Shown: positions 1-10,276 of the stretch, piece by piece
Layout: each line of letters opens with the position of its first letter
How positions within the stretch are numbered: the first letter of the stretch is position 1
Source: Limisphaerales bacterium
Lineage (GTDB): Bacteria; Verrucomicrobiota; Verrucomicrobiia; Limisphaerales; SIBE01
NCBI GenBank assembly: GCA_044225505.1
Contig: JBGAIN010000080.1
Location: 1-37,741 of the forward strand
Reading direction: 5' to 3'
Length of the DNA: 37,741 nucleotides
The notes under the pieces: generated by a model
What the model was told of the DNA's origin: nothing
The model's input: only the letters and a program-made list of their open reading frames with translations
The model's database searches: none
Position numbers and translations under genes: made by a program

Positions 1-116
1 CCCGCGATTCCCAAGATCGCCGTGATAATGAACCCTCCCGGATCTTTTCCAGGCATAAGGAGTTTGGCGACTAACCCGACAACCAATCCGATAATGAAGG
101 TCCAGAGTAGAGACAT
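1..116 (-). CDS. GlsB/YeaQ/YmgE-family (transglycosylase-associated) small membrane protein, runs off the window start
   Basis: Not in ORF track. Manual translation from ATG at 116: MSLLWTFIIGLVVGLVAKLLMPGKDPGGFIITAILGIAG, typical of the family; AAGGAG SD upstream. Confidence 0.9.
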   Translation of the reverse strand, partial: MSLLWTFIIGLVVGLVAKLLMPGKDPGGFIITAILGIA

Positions 117-281
117 ACTAGGTGTAGCTCCTTTTGCCAAAAAGGATTGACCCATTGGCGAGAAGACGCAATGAGGTGGGCCCCCCGCTTCAGGCCTCAG
201 GGGCCTCCGCCGCGGCGCACTCCGGTTATCGCCCAGGCCGTTCCTGGCAGTCGGCCTCGGAGTTATGGACCTTCGGTCGGG

Positions 282-470
282 CTACCGACCCGGTTCAACG
301 TAATCAACGTCTTGCAATGGCAGCGGCCCAGCCCACGAATCGACTGAATACTGCTTCATGCGCGCGCAACCGGAGAGGAGACCGGCCGCTAGAAGCAGCA
401 ACGACGAGTAGAGCAAAGCACGCCCCAAACGCGACGCTGCGGCACGAGAAGGAGCCTGTTGGGAGTTCAT
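282..470 (-). CDS. Small putative lipoprotein (62 aa)
   Basis: Basic N-terminus, hydrophobic stretch LLYSSLLLLAAG and lipobox LSGC; fills the gap between two real genes. Confidence 0.6.
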   Translation of the reverse strand: MNSQQAPSRAAASRLGRALLYSSLLLLAAGLLSGCARMKQYSVDSWAGPLPLQDVDYVEPGR

Positions 471-555
471 ACGCGGGACTCTATCTCACTCTTGCGGCCA
501 GATCAATGCCGAGATTTCTTCTTTTCATGTTCTCGCATCCCACTAATGTTTGGGA

Positions 556-1332
556 GTGGCCAATGAGATTTCGATTATCGTTCCCGTTCACAACGAGCAA
601 GCCAATGTCTTGCCGTTGGCTGAAGAAGTGGGAGCGGTCTTCGGGAAAGGCCCTTGGAATTATGAACTTGTCTTCGTTGACGATGCGAGCGTCGACGGCA
701 CTTGGAAAGCCATCCAAGAAGCGCAGATGAAAAATGGGCGCGTGCGGGGCGTGCGTCACAACCGTCAAGCCGGGCAAAGCGCAGCCCTTTGGACTGGGAT
801 TCAGATCACCACCAGCCCGGTTTTGGCGACCATGGATGGCGACCTCCAGAATGATCCCTCCGACTTTCCGGCCATGCTCGAGCGCTTGGACGATTACGAT
901 TTTGTCTGCGGTGTGCGGGTGCAACGGAGCGACCGTTGGATTCGGAAAGTCTCAGCTAAAGTCGCCCGGGCCGCGCGGCGCAGAGTGCTGCGGGTGGACT
1001 TTGCGGATACTGGGTGCGCGCTGCGCGTTTTCCGCCGATCGACGCTAGACAACCTGTTTCCATTCAATGGTTTGCACCGTTTTCTGCCGATCTTGGTGCA
1101 CGGCAATGGCGCGCGCACGCTGGAAGTCCCGGTGAAGCATCGACACCGCGTCCATGGCGTCTCGAAGTATGGAGTTTGGAACCGCTTGGGACGGGGAATC
1201 GCCGATCTCCTGGCGATTGCGTGGTATCAGCGCCGACGACTCAGTCCGGTCCCCTACACGGAAAGCTGCGCCTCGACCACGGCCCCTCTTCCTGCCAAAC
1301 AAAAGCCAGCGAACGCGCGCACTGCTGGTTAA
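556..1332 (+). CDS. Glycosyltransferase family 2 (polyprenol-phosphate mannosyltransferase/ArnC-like)
   Basis: ISIIVPVHNE, FVDDASVDGT, MDGDLQNDP (DxD), DTGCALR, GLHRFLP and HRHRVHGVSKYG motifs. Start is GTG 556 or TTG 550. Confidence 0.92.
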   Translation: MANEISIIVPVHNEQANVLPLAEEVGAVFGKGPWNYELVFVDDASVDGTWKAIQEAQMKNGRVRGVRHNRQAGQSAALWTGIQITTSPVLATMDGDLQNDPSDFPAMLERLDDYDFVCGVRVQRSDRWIRKVSAKVARAARRRVLRVDFADTGCALRVFRRSTLDNLFPFNGLHRFLPILVHGNGARTLEVPVKHRHRVHGVSKYGVWNRLGRGIADLLAIAWYQRRRLSPVPYTESCASTTAPLPAKQKPANARTAG

Positions 1333-1584
1333 CCTGAGGAAATTCGTTAGCACCCGGCCAAGCTTCGACAAGGGTGCACCGCTCGAACTCGCAACGTCCG
1401 CCAGGGCGATCCGAACGGTGATCCACTGTGAGAAGGGCTGCTGTGGATATTGCGACCAGAGTTTCAGTCACGGGCGTTCGCTCTGGAAAACGCTCGAAGC
1501 GATCCCATTCGTAAAGACTCAAGCACCAGGCTGGGGAGGCACACCAAGTTTGGTCACACGCCACGCAGAGCGGCTTCTTTCGCT

Positions 1585-1677
1585 TATAACAGGGAGATCA
1601 CACGGGTTTAACACGGATATAACAGGGATTATACCCGTGTTATCTACCTGTTTATTCCGTGTGCATTCCCTTTTAAT
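1585..1677. repeat. Four 11-bp direct repeats followed by four inverted 11-bp repeats
   Basis: TATAACAGGGA GATCACACGGG TTTAACACGGA TATAACAGGGA, then TTATA, then CCCGTGTTATC TACCTGTTTAT TCCGTGTGCAT TCCCTTTTAAT. Confidence 0.8.
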
Positions 1678-1735
1678 CACGAAGACACTGCGCCTGGACT
1701 TCAGCGATATCCCCCGGTTTTCGCGTGCGCTGCAG

Positions 1736-1764
1736 TTGAAACATTCCCCAACGGCTATTACGTT
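1736..1764 (+). promoter_or_regulatory. Putative sigma70-type promoter of osmC
   Basis: TTGAAA, 17 nt, TACGTT, followed by AAGGAG SD and ATG 1791. Confidence 0.55.
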
Positions 1765-1790
1765 CCTCGCATCAAAGGAGAACCAAACGT

Positions 1791-2234
1791 ATGGCTGATA
1801 TCATCCGAACTGGATCCGCGTCGTGGACTGGCGACTTGCGGGATGGCAAAGGAACGACTTCAACGGGCAGCGGAGGACTGCGCGACCTGAACTATTCCTT
1901 CCGTTCGCGGTTTGAGAATGGGGCTGGGACTAACCCGGAAGAGCTCATTGCCGCGGCGCATGCTGCATGTTTCAGCATGGCGTTGAACAAGATCCTGGGA
2001 GATGGCGGTAAAAAGCCGACTTCTATTGCCACCAAGGCGAACTTAACGATGACAAAGACGGGGGGCGGCTTTAAGATCGCGAAGGTGCATCTCCAAACGG
2101 AGGGGCGAGTACCCGAGATTGACGAGGCGGCGTTTCGCGAAGCAGCGATCAAGGCCAAAGAAAACTGCCCGGTCTCCCTGTTGTTGAAGCCAGGTCTCGA
2201 GAGTTTAACGCTCGAGGCCAAGCTGCTGCAGTAA
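1791..2234 (+). CDS. osmC: OsmC-family peroxiredoxin
   Basis: WTGDLRDGKG, YSFRSRFE.G.GTNPEELIAAAHAACFSMAL and AKENCPVS, with both catalytic Cys. Confidence 0.95.
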   Translation: MADIIRTGSASWTGDLRDGKGTTSTGSGGLRDLNYSFRSRFENGAGTNPEELIAAAHAACFSMALNKILGDGGKKPTSIATKANLTMTKTGGGFKIAKVHLQTEGRVPEIDEAAFREAAIKAKENCPVSLLLKPGLESLTLEAKLLQ

Positions 2235-2283
2235 ATTGCCTGCCCTTTTAACGAGCTAGCCTGCGGAGTGTGCACCGACTGCT

Positions 2284-3771
2284 ATGAGACCCTACCCTTT
2301 GGATACCAGCGTCCCCCGGACACCGGTCAAGGTGCTTCTGGTGGACGATGACGAGAATTCGTTTCTTCTGACGCGCCGCTTGCTCTCCAAGTTGCAGGGT
2401 TTTTTCCAGGTCGAATGGGCGCCGAACTACTCGGCTGGTTTAGGCATGATCGCGCGCAAACAGCACGACGTTTACCTGTTGGACTACCGGCTCGGCGCCT
2501 ATAATGGCCTCGACTTGCTGAAGCAAGCGCTCGGGCTGGGATGTGAAGCGCCCATGATTATTTTGACGACTGAAAATCCGGAAGTCGACGCGCGCGCGAT
2601 GGCCCTGGGTGCGGCGGACTTTCTGAACAAGGACCGGCTCGATTCCGCACTGTTGGAACGGTCGATTCGGTATTCGATCGATCAATTCGCCACCTTGAGG
2701 ACGTTGCGGGAACGCGAGGCGCAGCTGGCTTCGTTCATGCAGAATGTGCCCGGGGCGTTTTACATGAAAGATCTGGAAGGCCGTTACGTCTACGTGAACG
2801 AGACCTGGTCGAAAGTGTTCCATCGGAAGAACGCGGATTGGCTAGGGAAAAGCGAGGAAGACCTTTGGCCGAAGTCACTAGCGCAGAAGTTCAAAGAGGC
2901 TAACCGGCGTATTATTGCGGAGAGAAAGGTCGTAGAGACGACCGCCGCCATTGAGCAACCGGACGGAGTCCATTACTGGCTGGTGACCATCTTCCCGATT
3001 CTCAACGAGCAAGGCTTGCCGATCATGGTCGGTGGCGCCGCGGTGGACATCACGGAACAGAAGCGGCTGGAGCGCCAGATCCAGGAGGTGAGTGAACAGG
3101 AAAAGCGGCGCATCGGCCAGGATCTCCATGACGGCTTGGGGCAATACCTCACGGGCATCGCGTTCATGTCGCGCCTGTTGCAGCGCAAACTCTCTGAAAA
3201 GAACCTTCCCGAAGCGGTGGATGCGGAGAAGATTGCGACGCTCGTCAATAAAACGGTCTTTCAAGCTCGGGACCTGGCGCGAGGCCTGTGCCCTGTCGAG
3301 CTGGAGAATAACGGACTCCATGCGGCGCTCCTGGACTTATCTGCCACGACGGAGAAGGTCTTCAACATCGTGTGCACGGTGGAATGCGATCCGGGCGTCC
3401 GGATCGGCGATAACAACACCGCGTTGCACTTGTATCGAATTGCGCAGGAGGCGATCAACAACGCCATCAAACATGGCAAAGCACAGCGAATCATCGTCGC
3501 TCTGCAGGAAACCTCCGGCACCATTTCGCTGGCGATCCGAGATGATGGGATTGGTTTTCCGAAAACGGACGGCAAAGGGAATGGCATCGGTCTGCGGGTG
3601 ATGAATTATCGCGCCGGGATGATCGGAGCCGCGTTGACCGTCGAGAGCCAGCGCGCGGGGGGAACGATGGTGAGTTGTCAGTTACCCAAAGTGCCAGCCG
3701 GGAAAATTGCCCCCAAGAAGAAAGGCCGAACTCCTAAAACGGCGCGGGTGTCCGCCGCGGGAAAAGGCTAA
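2284..3771 (+). CDS. Hybrid signal protein: receiver + PAS + HisKA_3 histidine kinase
   Basis: VLLVDDD...YLLDYRL receiver, PAS (YMKDLEGRYVYVN), IGQDLHDGLGQ H-box, RIAQEAINNAIKHG, DDGIG, GIGL. Confidence 0.92.
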   Translation: MRPYPLDTSVPRTPVKVLLVDDDENSFLLTRRLLSKLQGFFQVEWAPNYSAGLGMIARKQHDVYLLDYRLGAYNGLDLLKQALGLGCEAPMIILTTENPEVDARAMALGAADFLNKDRLDSALLERSIRYSIDQFATLRTLREREAQLASFMQNVPGAFYMKDLEGRYVYVNETWSKVFHRKNADWLGKSEEDLWPKSLAQKFKEANRRIIAERKVVETTAAIEQPDGVHYWLVTIFPILNEQGLPIMVGGAAVDITEQKRLERQIQEVSEQEKRRIGQDLHDGLGQYLTGIAFMSRLLQRKLSEKNLPEAVDAEKIATLVNKTVFQARDLARGLCPVELENNGLHAALLDLSATTEKVFNIVCTVECDPGVRIGDNNTALHLYRIAQEAINNAIKHGKAQRIIVALQETSGTISLAIRDDGIGFPKTDGKGNGIGLRVMNYRAGMIGAALTVESQRAGGTMVSCQLPKVPAGKIAPKKKGRTPKTARVSAAGKG

Positions 3772-3811
3772 CCGCCCCCAGCGCGGGAATGGATCTCGGC
3801 GGGCGCGGGGA

Positions 3812-4255
3812 TTACCCTGGAGGCCGTTGATTCAACGATAGCCAGTAGTTATTGACCACCGTGATCATTTCCAAGAGATGGTCAAAGCCGACTGGCTTCA
3901 CGAGGTAAGAATTGGCTCCGGCGTCGTAGGCTTGTTCCATATCCCGGTCATGGCGCGACGACGTGAAGATCGCCACTGGGAGACGTTTGAATTGCGGTTG
4001 TTGGCGGATCCAGGAAAGGACCTCAAAGCCGGACTTTCGAGGAATCTTCAAGTCCAAGAGGATCAAATCGGGCAATGGGAATTGCGCGCGATCGCGGTAG
4101 GCAGAGTCGCCTCGAAGATAGGCGATCGCGGATTCTCCGTCCGATACCGCGGTGACCGCGACCGCCAGATTGGCCCGCTGCACCGCACGTTGCAGCAGGA
4201 GAACGTCATTCGGATCGTCCTCGACATGCAAAATCGTGTGGCCTTTTAGATTCAC
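3812..4255 (-). CDS. Single-domain response regulator (Rcp1-like)
   Basis: ILHVEDDPND, PDLILLDLKIPRKSG, FTSS, AYDAGANSYLVKP. Start uncertain (GTG 4255 chosen; ORF open to 4363). Confidence 0.9.
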   Translation of the reverse strand: MNLKGHTILHVEDDPNDVLLLQRAVQRANLAVAVTAVSDGESAIAYLRGDSAYRDRAQFPLPDLILLDLKIPRKSGFEVLSWIRQQPQFKRLPVAIFTSSRHDRDMEQAYDAGANSYLVKPVGFDHLLEMITVVNNYWLSLNQRPPG

Positions 4256-4332
4256 AGAAGTGGTGTCGCTGCGATGCTTCCGCACACTCTCGTTGCCATT
4301 CGTGTCAGGAGCGTAACGGCAATGCAAGTCGA

Positions 4333-7300
4333 TTAGGCGTCCGCCGCGGGCAACTCCACCCAAAAGGTGCTGCCTTTGCCCGGTTCGGATTCAAGCCCCA
4401 CCCGACCGTCCATCCGCTCAACCCCTTTGCGGACAATGGCCAGCCCAATCCCAGTACCCGGAAAAAACTCATTGCTATGCAGTCGCTCGAAAACACGGAA
4501 AATCCTCTCGTGATGTTCCGGGTCGATACCTATCCCGTTATCCTGACAGAAGACCCGGACATGGGTGTCCTTTCGCTCGGCCCAGAGTCGGATTTCAGGA
4601 CGCGTGCCGGGCTCGACGAATTTCAGGCCGTTGCCCACAAGATTTCCCAAAACCTGCTCGAGAGTCGTAAGGTGGGCTTTGACGTGAGGAAAAGGCCGGT
4701 GAACGTGCAACTGGGCATCGGTTCGCTTGATTTCGGAACCAAGCGTCGATAAGGCGCGGCTGACCGCAACGTCGAGATCCACCCGCTCAAAAGCGAAGGC
4801 AGCCCGGGTGAGGCGGCTGTAAGCCAGGAGATCTTGGATCAACGCGTCCATCCGTTGCGCGGCCGAAATCACGCGGGCGGCGTAGTCACGTCCTTGATCC
4901 CCGAGTTGGGCGGAAAAGTCTTCGATGAGAGCCTGGGAGAAGCCCTGCATCGCGCGCAGGGGAGCCCGCAAATCGTGCGCCACGGTATAAGTGAACGCTT
5001 CCATTTGCTCGTGGCTCTCCTGTAAAGCAGCCGTTCTCCGTGCGACTCGGCGTTCCAAATCCTGGTTCAAATGCGAAACTTCCTCCTCCGCCTTCTTGCG
5101 GTCCGAGATTTCTTGCTGCGCGGCCCGGAAAAGCATCGCTCGATCGACCGCAAGGCCAGCCCGTCCCGCAACACCCTCAGCCCAGACCAAATCATCTTTC
5201 GAAAAAGCCCGCCCTGACTCGCCGGAGACGAAGGCAATGGTTCCGAAGATGCGATGATGGGTTTTGAGGGGAACGACCAAGAGCGAACGGAGATCCAGTT
5301 GGCGCAAACCGTGCAGCGTCGTCGCCTCGAGTGCGTCCTGGCCAAGCTTATCCTCGCTCAGCGCATTCTGGAAGGTCGCTTCGCCTGAGCGCAGGACTTC
5401 TGAAACCGCGGGAAGGATCCATGCAGTTCCTGGCCCAGGCGTTCGCAAGGCCTTGGCCAGGGCGAGCTTTTCCAACGTTAGGCAGACCGTCGCCAGGGCT
5501 CGAACCGCGCCGGACGAATCGACGAGATCCACGAAACAACCGTCCGCCATTCTTGGAACTGCCAACTCTGCCAGGGAGTTCAGGCTCTTTTCATAATCCA
5601 AAGACTCGCTCAGGATCCGTCCCGCTTCCGCCAAGAACCAGGACGATTCCTCGGCTTTTTTCCGAGCGGAAATATCCAACGCGGTCCCCGTGAACCGAAC
5701 GGGCCGGCGGGCATCTCCTTTGCCTTCGAAGAAGACGCGTCCTTTCGTGCTGATCCAGCGAATGGTGCCGTCAGCCCAGCGCGCGCGGAAATCGACCTCG
5801 TAATGGCCATCTCCATCACGATGGAGCGCTTGGGCGATGCGACTCTGCACCGGGCCGCGGTCTTCCGGGTGCAGCCGGGCGATGAAATCATCGTAGGCGA
5901 CAGTGCTGGAAGGGGACCCGCCCAGGAGCTCTCGCGTTCGGCTTGACCAGTGGACATTCAAAGTGTTCAAGTCGAATTCCCAGGTGCCCAATTCCGCGGA
6001 TTCGACCGCCAAACGGAGCCGCTCTTCGCTTTGGTGCAACGCTTGTTGGATCCGTTTGCGATGGAGACCATAAGCGATCAAATCGGCGATGCCATGGACA
6101 AACGCGACTTTGTCGCCGGTGACAAATTCCTCGCTAAAAAGGCTGATGACTCCGAGCACTCGGCCTTCCACGGCCAACGGGCACACGAGCCAGGCCCTCA
6201 CACCGAACGTCTGAGTCCAAACGGCGGCGCTCAGTTCAGGGTCCGTGAGGGGATCGTTCGTGACGAATGGCTGCCCAGTTTGAGCGACACGGTTGATTTG
6301 TCGCATCGTGTCGGCCAACTGCGCCTGGATTTCTGACGGTCCCCCAGGGAATCCAGCCGAGGCCTGCAGCGTCGGTTCGGAGGTTTCTTCGTCCCGGATC
6401 CATGCGCCGGCAAAGATGGCTGGCAACCGTCGCACGAGTGCTTCCATGCAACGCTGTAGCGCTTGCGTCCCCTCTTCATCGGCGCCCGTGAACGCGGCGC
6501 TGGTCTCCGCCCGGAGCGCGATCTGAGCATTCTGTCGCTTTTGCAGGATCTCCGCCTTGCGTCGCTGCGAGATGATCGCGCGGTAAGCCTGGCTTTGAGC
6601 GGCGGTGAGCTTGAATAAAAGCAAGCTGACCGCGAGTCCACCCAGGCCGATGAACGGAACCGCCACCAGACCGGAGGTCGATTCCAAGTTAGCGCCGGAA
6701 GCGAATTCCATGTGCCAACGCCGGCTCGCCACGGTAAAAGAGGAATGCCGGAAGAAACGCGATTTCCAGCTCGAGGCGGAGTAGCCTGGCGATCGATAGA
6801 GCAGGTTGCCAAGGACGGGCGCATCCCCATCGAAAACCGCAAACTCCACGGGGAGATGTTTATCCGTGCCGAAGATTCCCCGCAATAAGTCGCCCGTTCG
6901 AAAGGGACTATAGACAAAACCGATCAGCTTTTCCTGACGCTCCGCGACAGTCTTGGGCGTGGTGCGCCCGCGATAGACCGGCACGTAAATCAAGAAACCG
7001 GCTTGCACGGCGGTGCCCAATTCTTGCACGAGCACCACTTTGCCCGAGGCCACAGGCAATCCGGTGTCCCGGGCTTGCTCCATGGCCGCGCGGCGAACCG
7101 GCTCGGTGAACATGTCGTAGCCCATGGCTCGCAGGTTTCGAGCGTCCATCGGTTCGAGATAGGTAATGGTGTGGAATTCGGAGCGAGGGGATTGGGGCCA
7201 GACTTGAAAATTCGTCATTCCGCCGGAACGCATCTGACGAACCACCTCCTCGACCTGAGCGGCGGCCAAGCGCAGACTAAAGCCGATTCCTTGGATGCCA

Positions 7301-7635
7301 GGGTAGCGTTCACTTAAACGCAGACTCTGCACGTAATCGCGGAACTCGTCGGGTGTGATCGTTTGAGAGGTGCCATAAAGCGCGCTACCCAAAACGAGCA
7401 TATCGACGTAGATATCGAGGCGGCGTTGGATTGCCTCCTCCGTCTGCTGAATCCCATTGCTAAACTGGAGGTGATCGCGGGTTTGGAACAAGCGCGCTGC
7501 CGCATAGGTCGCGATGCCCGTTAAGAGCAACGCGCCGAGCAGGACCAGGTAAGAAACTCGTGCCCGCTCAAACCTCCGCATCACTGTTAGCCCTGTATGC
7601 ATCGCCTTTGGCCAACGAACGACGGGGCGGCCCAA
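4333..7635 (-). CDS. CHASE-domain sensor histidine kinase (CHASE-GAF-PAS-GAF-HisKA-HATPase)
   Basis: Two TM segments flanking a CHASE region (YPGIQGIG, YLEP...AMGYDM, GFLIYVPVY); YTVAHDLRAPLR H-box, NLVGNGLKF, DNGIGI, GTGIGL. True start may be ATG 7602 or later. Confidence 0.92.
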   Translation of the reverse strand: MGRPVVRWPKAMHTGLTVMRRFERARVSYLVLLGALLLTGIATYAAARLFQTRDHLQFSNGIQQTEEAIQRRLDIYVDMLVLGSALYGTSQTITPDEFRDYVQSLRLSERYPGIQGIGFSLRLAAAQVEEVVRQMRSGGMTNFQVWPQSPRSEFHTITYLEPMDARNLRAMGYDMFTEPVRRAAMEQARDTGLPVASGKVVLVQELGTAVQAGFLIYVPVYRGRTTPKTVAERQEKLIGFVYSPFRTGDLLRGIFGTDKHLPVEFAVFDGDAPVLGNLLYRSPGYSASSWKSRFFRHSSFTVASRRWHMEFASGANLESTSGLVAVPFIGLGGLAVSLLLFKLTAAQSQAYRAIISQRRKAEILQKRQNAQIALRAETSAAFTGADEEGTQALQRCMEALVRRLPAIFAGAWIRDEETSEPTLQASAGFPGGPSEIQAQLADTMRQINRVAQTGQPFVTNDPLTDPELSAAVWTQTFGVRAWLVCPLAVEGRVLGVISLFSEEFVTGDKVAFVHGIADLIAYGLHRKRIQQALHQSEERLRLAVESAELGTWEFDLNTLNVHWSSRTRELLGGSPSSTVAYDDFIARLHPEDRGPVQSRIAQALHRDGDGHYEVDFRARWADGTIRWISTKGRVFFEGKGDARRPVRFTGTALDISARKKAEESSWFLAEAGRILSESLDYEKSLNSLAELAVPRMADGCFVDLVDSSGAVRALATVCLTLEKLALAKALRTPGPGTAWILPAVSEVLRSGEATFQNALSEDKLGQDALEATTLHGLRQLDLRSLLVVPLKTHHRIFGTIAFVSGESGRAFSKDDLVWAEGVAGRAGLAVDRAMLFRAAQQEISDRKKAEEEVSHLNQDLERRVARRTAALQESHEQMEAFTYTVAHDLRAPLRAMQGFSQALIEDFSAQLGDQGRDYAARVISAAQRMDALIQDLLAYSRLTRAAFAFERVDLDVAVSRALSTLGSEIKRTDAQLHVHRPFPHVKAHLTTLEQVLGNLVGNGLKFVEPGTRPEIRLWAERKDTHVRVFCQDNGIGIDPEHHERIFRVFERLHSNEFFPGTGIGLAIVRKGVERMDGRVGLESEPGKGSTFWVELPAADA

Positions 7636-7944
7636 CGAGCTTGGTCAGACCCACTCACCCCCTGCTTGATCTACATCCCCTTGTGGTGGTCCAAAATTCG
7701 GGCTCAAGACAGCCAACGTCCCGTGGCCCTAAGTTACACCTGGAAGCGATACGTCTGTCACTAAGAATGTGTCGAAGTCCGCGCCGCACCGATTCCCCGA
7801 GTCGCTCAGAAGAGACCCAGCGCAGAGACCGGCTGGGTTTCAGCGGTTGTCACGGACCCAGGCGGTTTCACGCCCGACGCGCTGGCGGCCAAAAACGACG
7901 CTGGGCGGGTCAGATGCGGCAGTCACTCACTTGGGTGTTGACCG

Positions 7945-9180
7945 CTAGCGCCGCGACGCCTTGCGCGCGTGGACCTGGGCCGCCACTTTCAAGCGCAGGG
8001 CATTGAGGCGGATAAAGCCGGTGGCGTCGTCCTGATTATACGCCTTGGTCGGATCGGCTTCCATGGTCGCAATCTGTGGGTTGTACAAACTCACAGGCGA
8101 TTTCCTTCCAGCCACTAGGACTGTCCCTTTGTAAAGTTTGACCCGGACCGTTCCCGTAACGTTCTTTTGGCTCTCTTCCACCAGGGCCTGCAACGCCAGA
8201 CGTTCCGGAGCAAACCAGTATCCATAATAAACCAGCTCCGCGTAACGCGGGATGAGCGAATCTCGAAGGTGCATGACCTCGCGGTCCATCGTCAGGGATT
8301 CAATCTGGCGATGCGCGAAATGCAGAATCGCGCCGCCCGGCGTTTCATAGACTCCCCTGCTCTTCATCCCGACGTAGCGGTTTTCCACCATATCGACTCG
8401 GCCGACGCCATGTTTGCCCCCCAGCTTATTGAGCGCTTTCATGACGCCTAAAGGATTCAGGGACTTGCCATTGACCGCCACGGCGTCGCCGTTCTCAAAA
8501 TCCAGCGTGACATACTCCGGCTTGTCCGGCGCGTCTTCCGGCGCCACCGAGAGCGTGAACATTTCTTTGTTGGACGGGGCAAAGGCGTCAAACCACGGAT
8601 CTTCCAGGATGCCCGCTTCGAACGAGATGTGGAGAAGGTTACGGTCCATCGAATAGGGCTTTTTGGCTGTCGCTTGCACAGGAGTGCCCCGTTCTTCACA
8701 ATAGCGAATCATCTCGGCGCGCCCGGGGAATTGCTTCCGAAAACGCTCATCGCGCCAGGGTGCGATCACGCTCAACTCCGGCGCCAGCGCCGCAGCCGTT
8801 AGTTCAAACCGGACCTGGTCATTGCCCTTGCCCGTTGCGCCGTGCGCGACGGCATCGGCGGCCTCCGCTTTCGCAATTTCCACCATGCGTTTCGCGATGA
8901 GCGGCCGGGCGATTGACGTGCCCAGGAAATACTGATTCTCGTAAACCGCGCCGGCCCGGACCATCGGGAAGATAAAGTCACGCGCAAACTCTTCCTGTAA
9001 ATCGTCGATGTACAGCTTGGAGGCGCCGGTCTTCTTGGCCTTCTTGTCCAATCCTTTCAGCTCCTCTTCCTGGCCGATATTCGCGCAAAAGGCGATCATT
9101 TCCGCGCCGTAGGTTTCTTTGATCCAGGAAAGCAGAACCGAGGTATCGAGTCCCCCGGAGTATGCCAATACAATCTTCAT
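7945..9180 (-). CDS. argG: Argininosuccinate synthase
   Basis: [40 protein letters not shown]. Confidence 0.98.
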   Translation of the reverse strand: MKIVLAYSGGLDTSVLLSWIKETYGAEMIAFCANIGQEEELKGLDKKAKKTGASKLYIDDLQEEFARDFIFPMVRAGAVYENQYFLGTSIARPLIAKRMVEIAKAEAADAVAHGATGKGNDQVRFELTAAALAPELSVIAPWRDERFRKQFPGRAEMIRYCEERGTPVQATAKKPYSMDRNLLHISFEAGILEDPWFDAFAPSNKEMFTLSVAPEDAPDKPEYVTLDFENGDAVAVNGKSLNPLGVMKALNKLGGKHGVGRVDMVENRYVGMKSRGVYETPGGAILHFAHRQIESLTMDREVMHLRDSLIPRYAELVYYGYWFAPERLALQALVEESQKNVTGTVRVKLYKGTVLVAGRKSPVSLYNPQIATMEADPTKAYNQDDATGFIRLNALRLKVAAQVHARKASRR

Positions 9181-9223
9181 GGCGGGGATAATGGCCGAGT
9201 CCAATCAGACGCCAAGTGCAAAA

Positions 9224-10153
9224 TCAGCCGGTGGACCGATTCGGACGGCGTTGACTGGGGGTTGTGCTCCCCGGCGACGTTCCTTTAAACGGCTCGACGT
9301 GGACGAGAACGTCCCGGACTTTGGGAATTGCCGCCCTTACCCCATCTTTGACGCGATGGGCGATTTCGTGGGCTTGTTCGACGGTCAGCTTTGGATCCAC
9401 CTCGATGTGCATATCGACAAAATAGTCGTAACCCATCTTGCGGACGATGCACTTCTCGACCGCCCGGACGCCGACGACCGATCCGGCCGTAGCCGCGATC
9501 TCGGCCGTCAACGCCGAACCGGGCGCGGTATCCATCAATTCCGCCAACGCCGGCCGCAGCAACCGCAAGCCGTTCCAGGCGATCACCAAGGCCGCCGCCA
9601 CCGCTGCGATATCATCCGCGGAGGCATACTTTGGGCCGCCAACCAGCGCCACGGTGATGCCGAGAGCAGCCGCGAGCGAAGTGATGGCATCGCTCCGGTG
9701 ATGCCAAGCGTCGCTTTGCACCGCGGAACTTTCCACCGTTTGCGCGCGCCGGGCGACGAATCGAAAGAGCGACTCTTTCACGACCACAACCCCGAGCAAG
9801 ACCCAGAGCGTGAACGGTTCTGGCATGTGATGCGGCGTCAGAATCTCGCTCCCTGACTTGATCGCGATGCCGAACGCCGCCACTAAGAGCACGGTGGCCA
9901 CAACGGCGGCGGCAAGCGGCTCCGCTTTCCCATGGCCGTAGGGGTGATCCGCGTCCGCAGGGAGTGAGGCGACCACGAGACCGCGCCAAACGATGATCGA
10001 GCTGAAGATATCGGCGATGGATTCAACCCCGTCAGCAATCAACGCTTGTGAATGGCCCAAGGTTCCAGCGATGATTTTGATGGTCGCCAGGGCCGCATTC
10101 ACCGCCAACCCCAGAAACGTGGCATGTAAACCCAGTTGGAGACGATCCTTCAC
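9224..10153 (-). CDS. Cation diffusion facilitator family metal transporter (FieF-like)
   Basis: SQALIADGVES.AD, HPYGHGKAE, DAWHHRSD, H.EVD...AHEIA, VLVHVEP. Start uncertain (ORF open to 10228). Confidence 0.92.
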   Translation of the reverse strand: MKDRLQLGLHATFLGLAVNAALATIKIIAGTLGHSQALIADGVESIADIFSSIIVWRGLVVASLPADADHPYGHGKAEPLAAAVVATVLLVAAFGIAIKSGSEILTPHHMPEPFTLWVLLGVVVVKESLFRFVARRAQTVESSAVQSDAWHHRSDAITSLAAALGITVALVGGPKYASADDIAAVAAALVIAWNGLRLLRPALAELMDTAPGSALTAEIAATAGSVVGVRAVEKCIVRKMGYDYFVDMHIEVDPKLTVEQAHEIAHRVKDGVRAAIPKVRDVLVHVEPFKGTSPGSTTPSQRRPNRSTG

Positions 10154-10276
10154 AGCGTGTGTGACAATTCTCGCTGATGCCAGAGTTAGCGCAATAAAGC
10201 CCTGGGACCGGCTCGACGCGGGGCGCACGGCACGAACGACGGTGCACTCGTTCGCTAGTGTCCCCTGCCCATCCGT

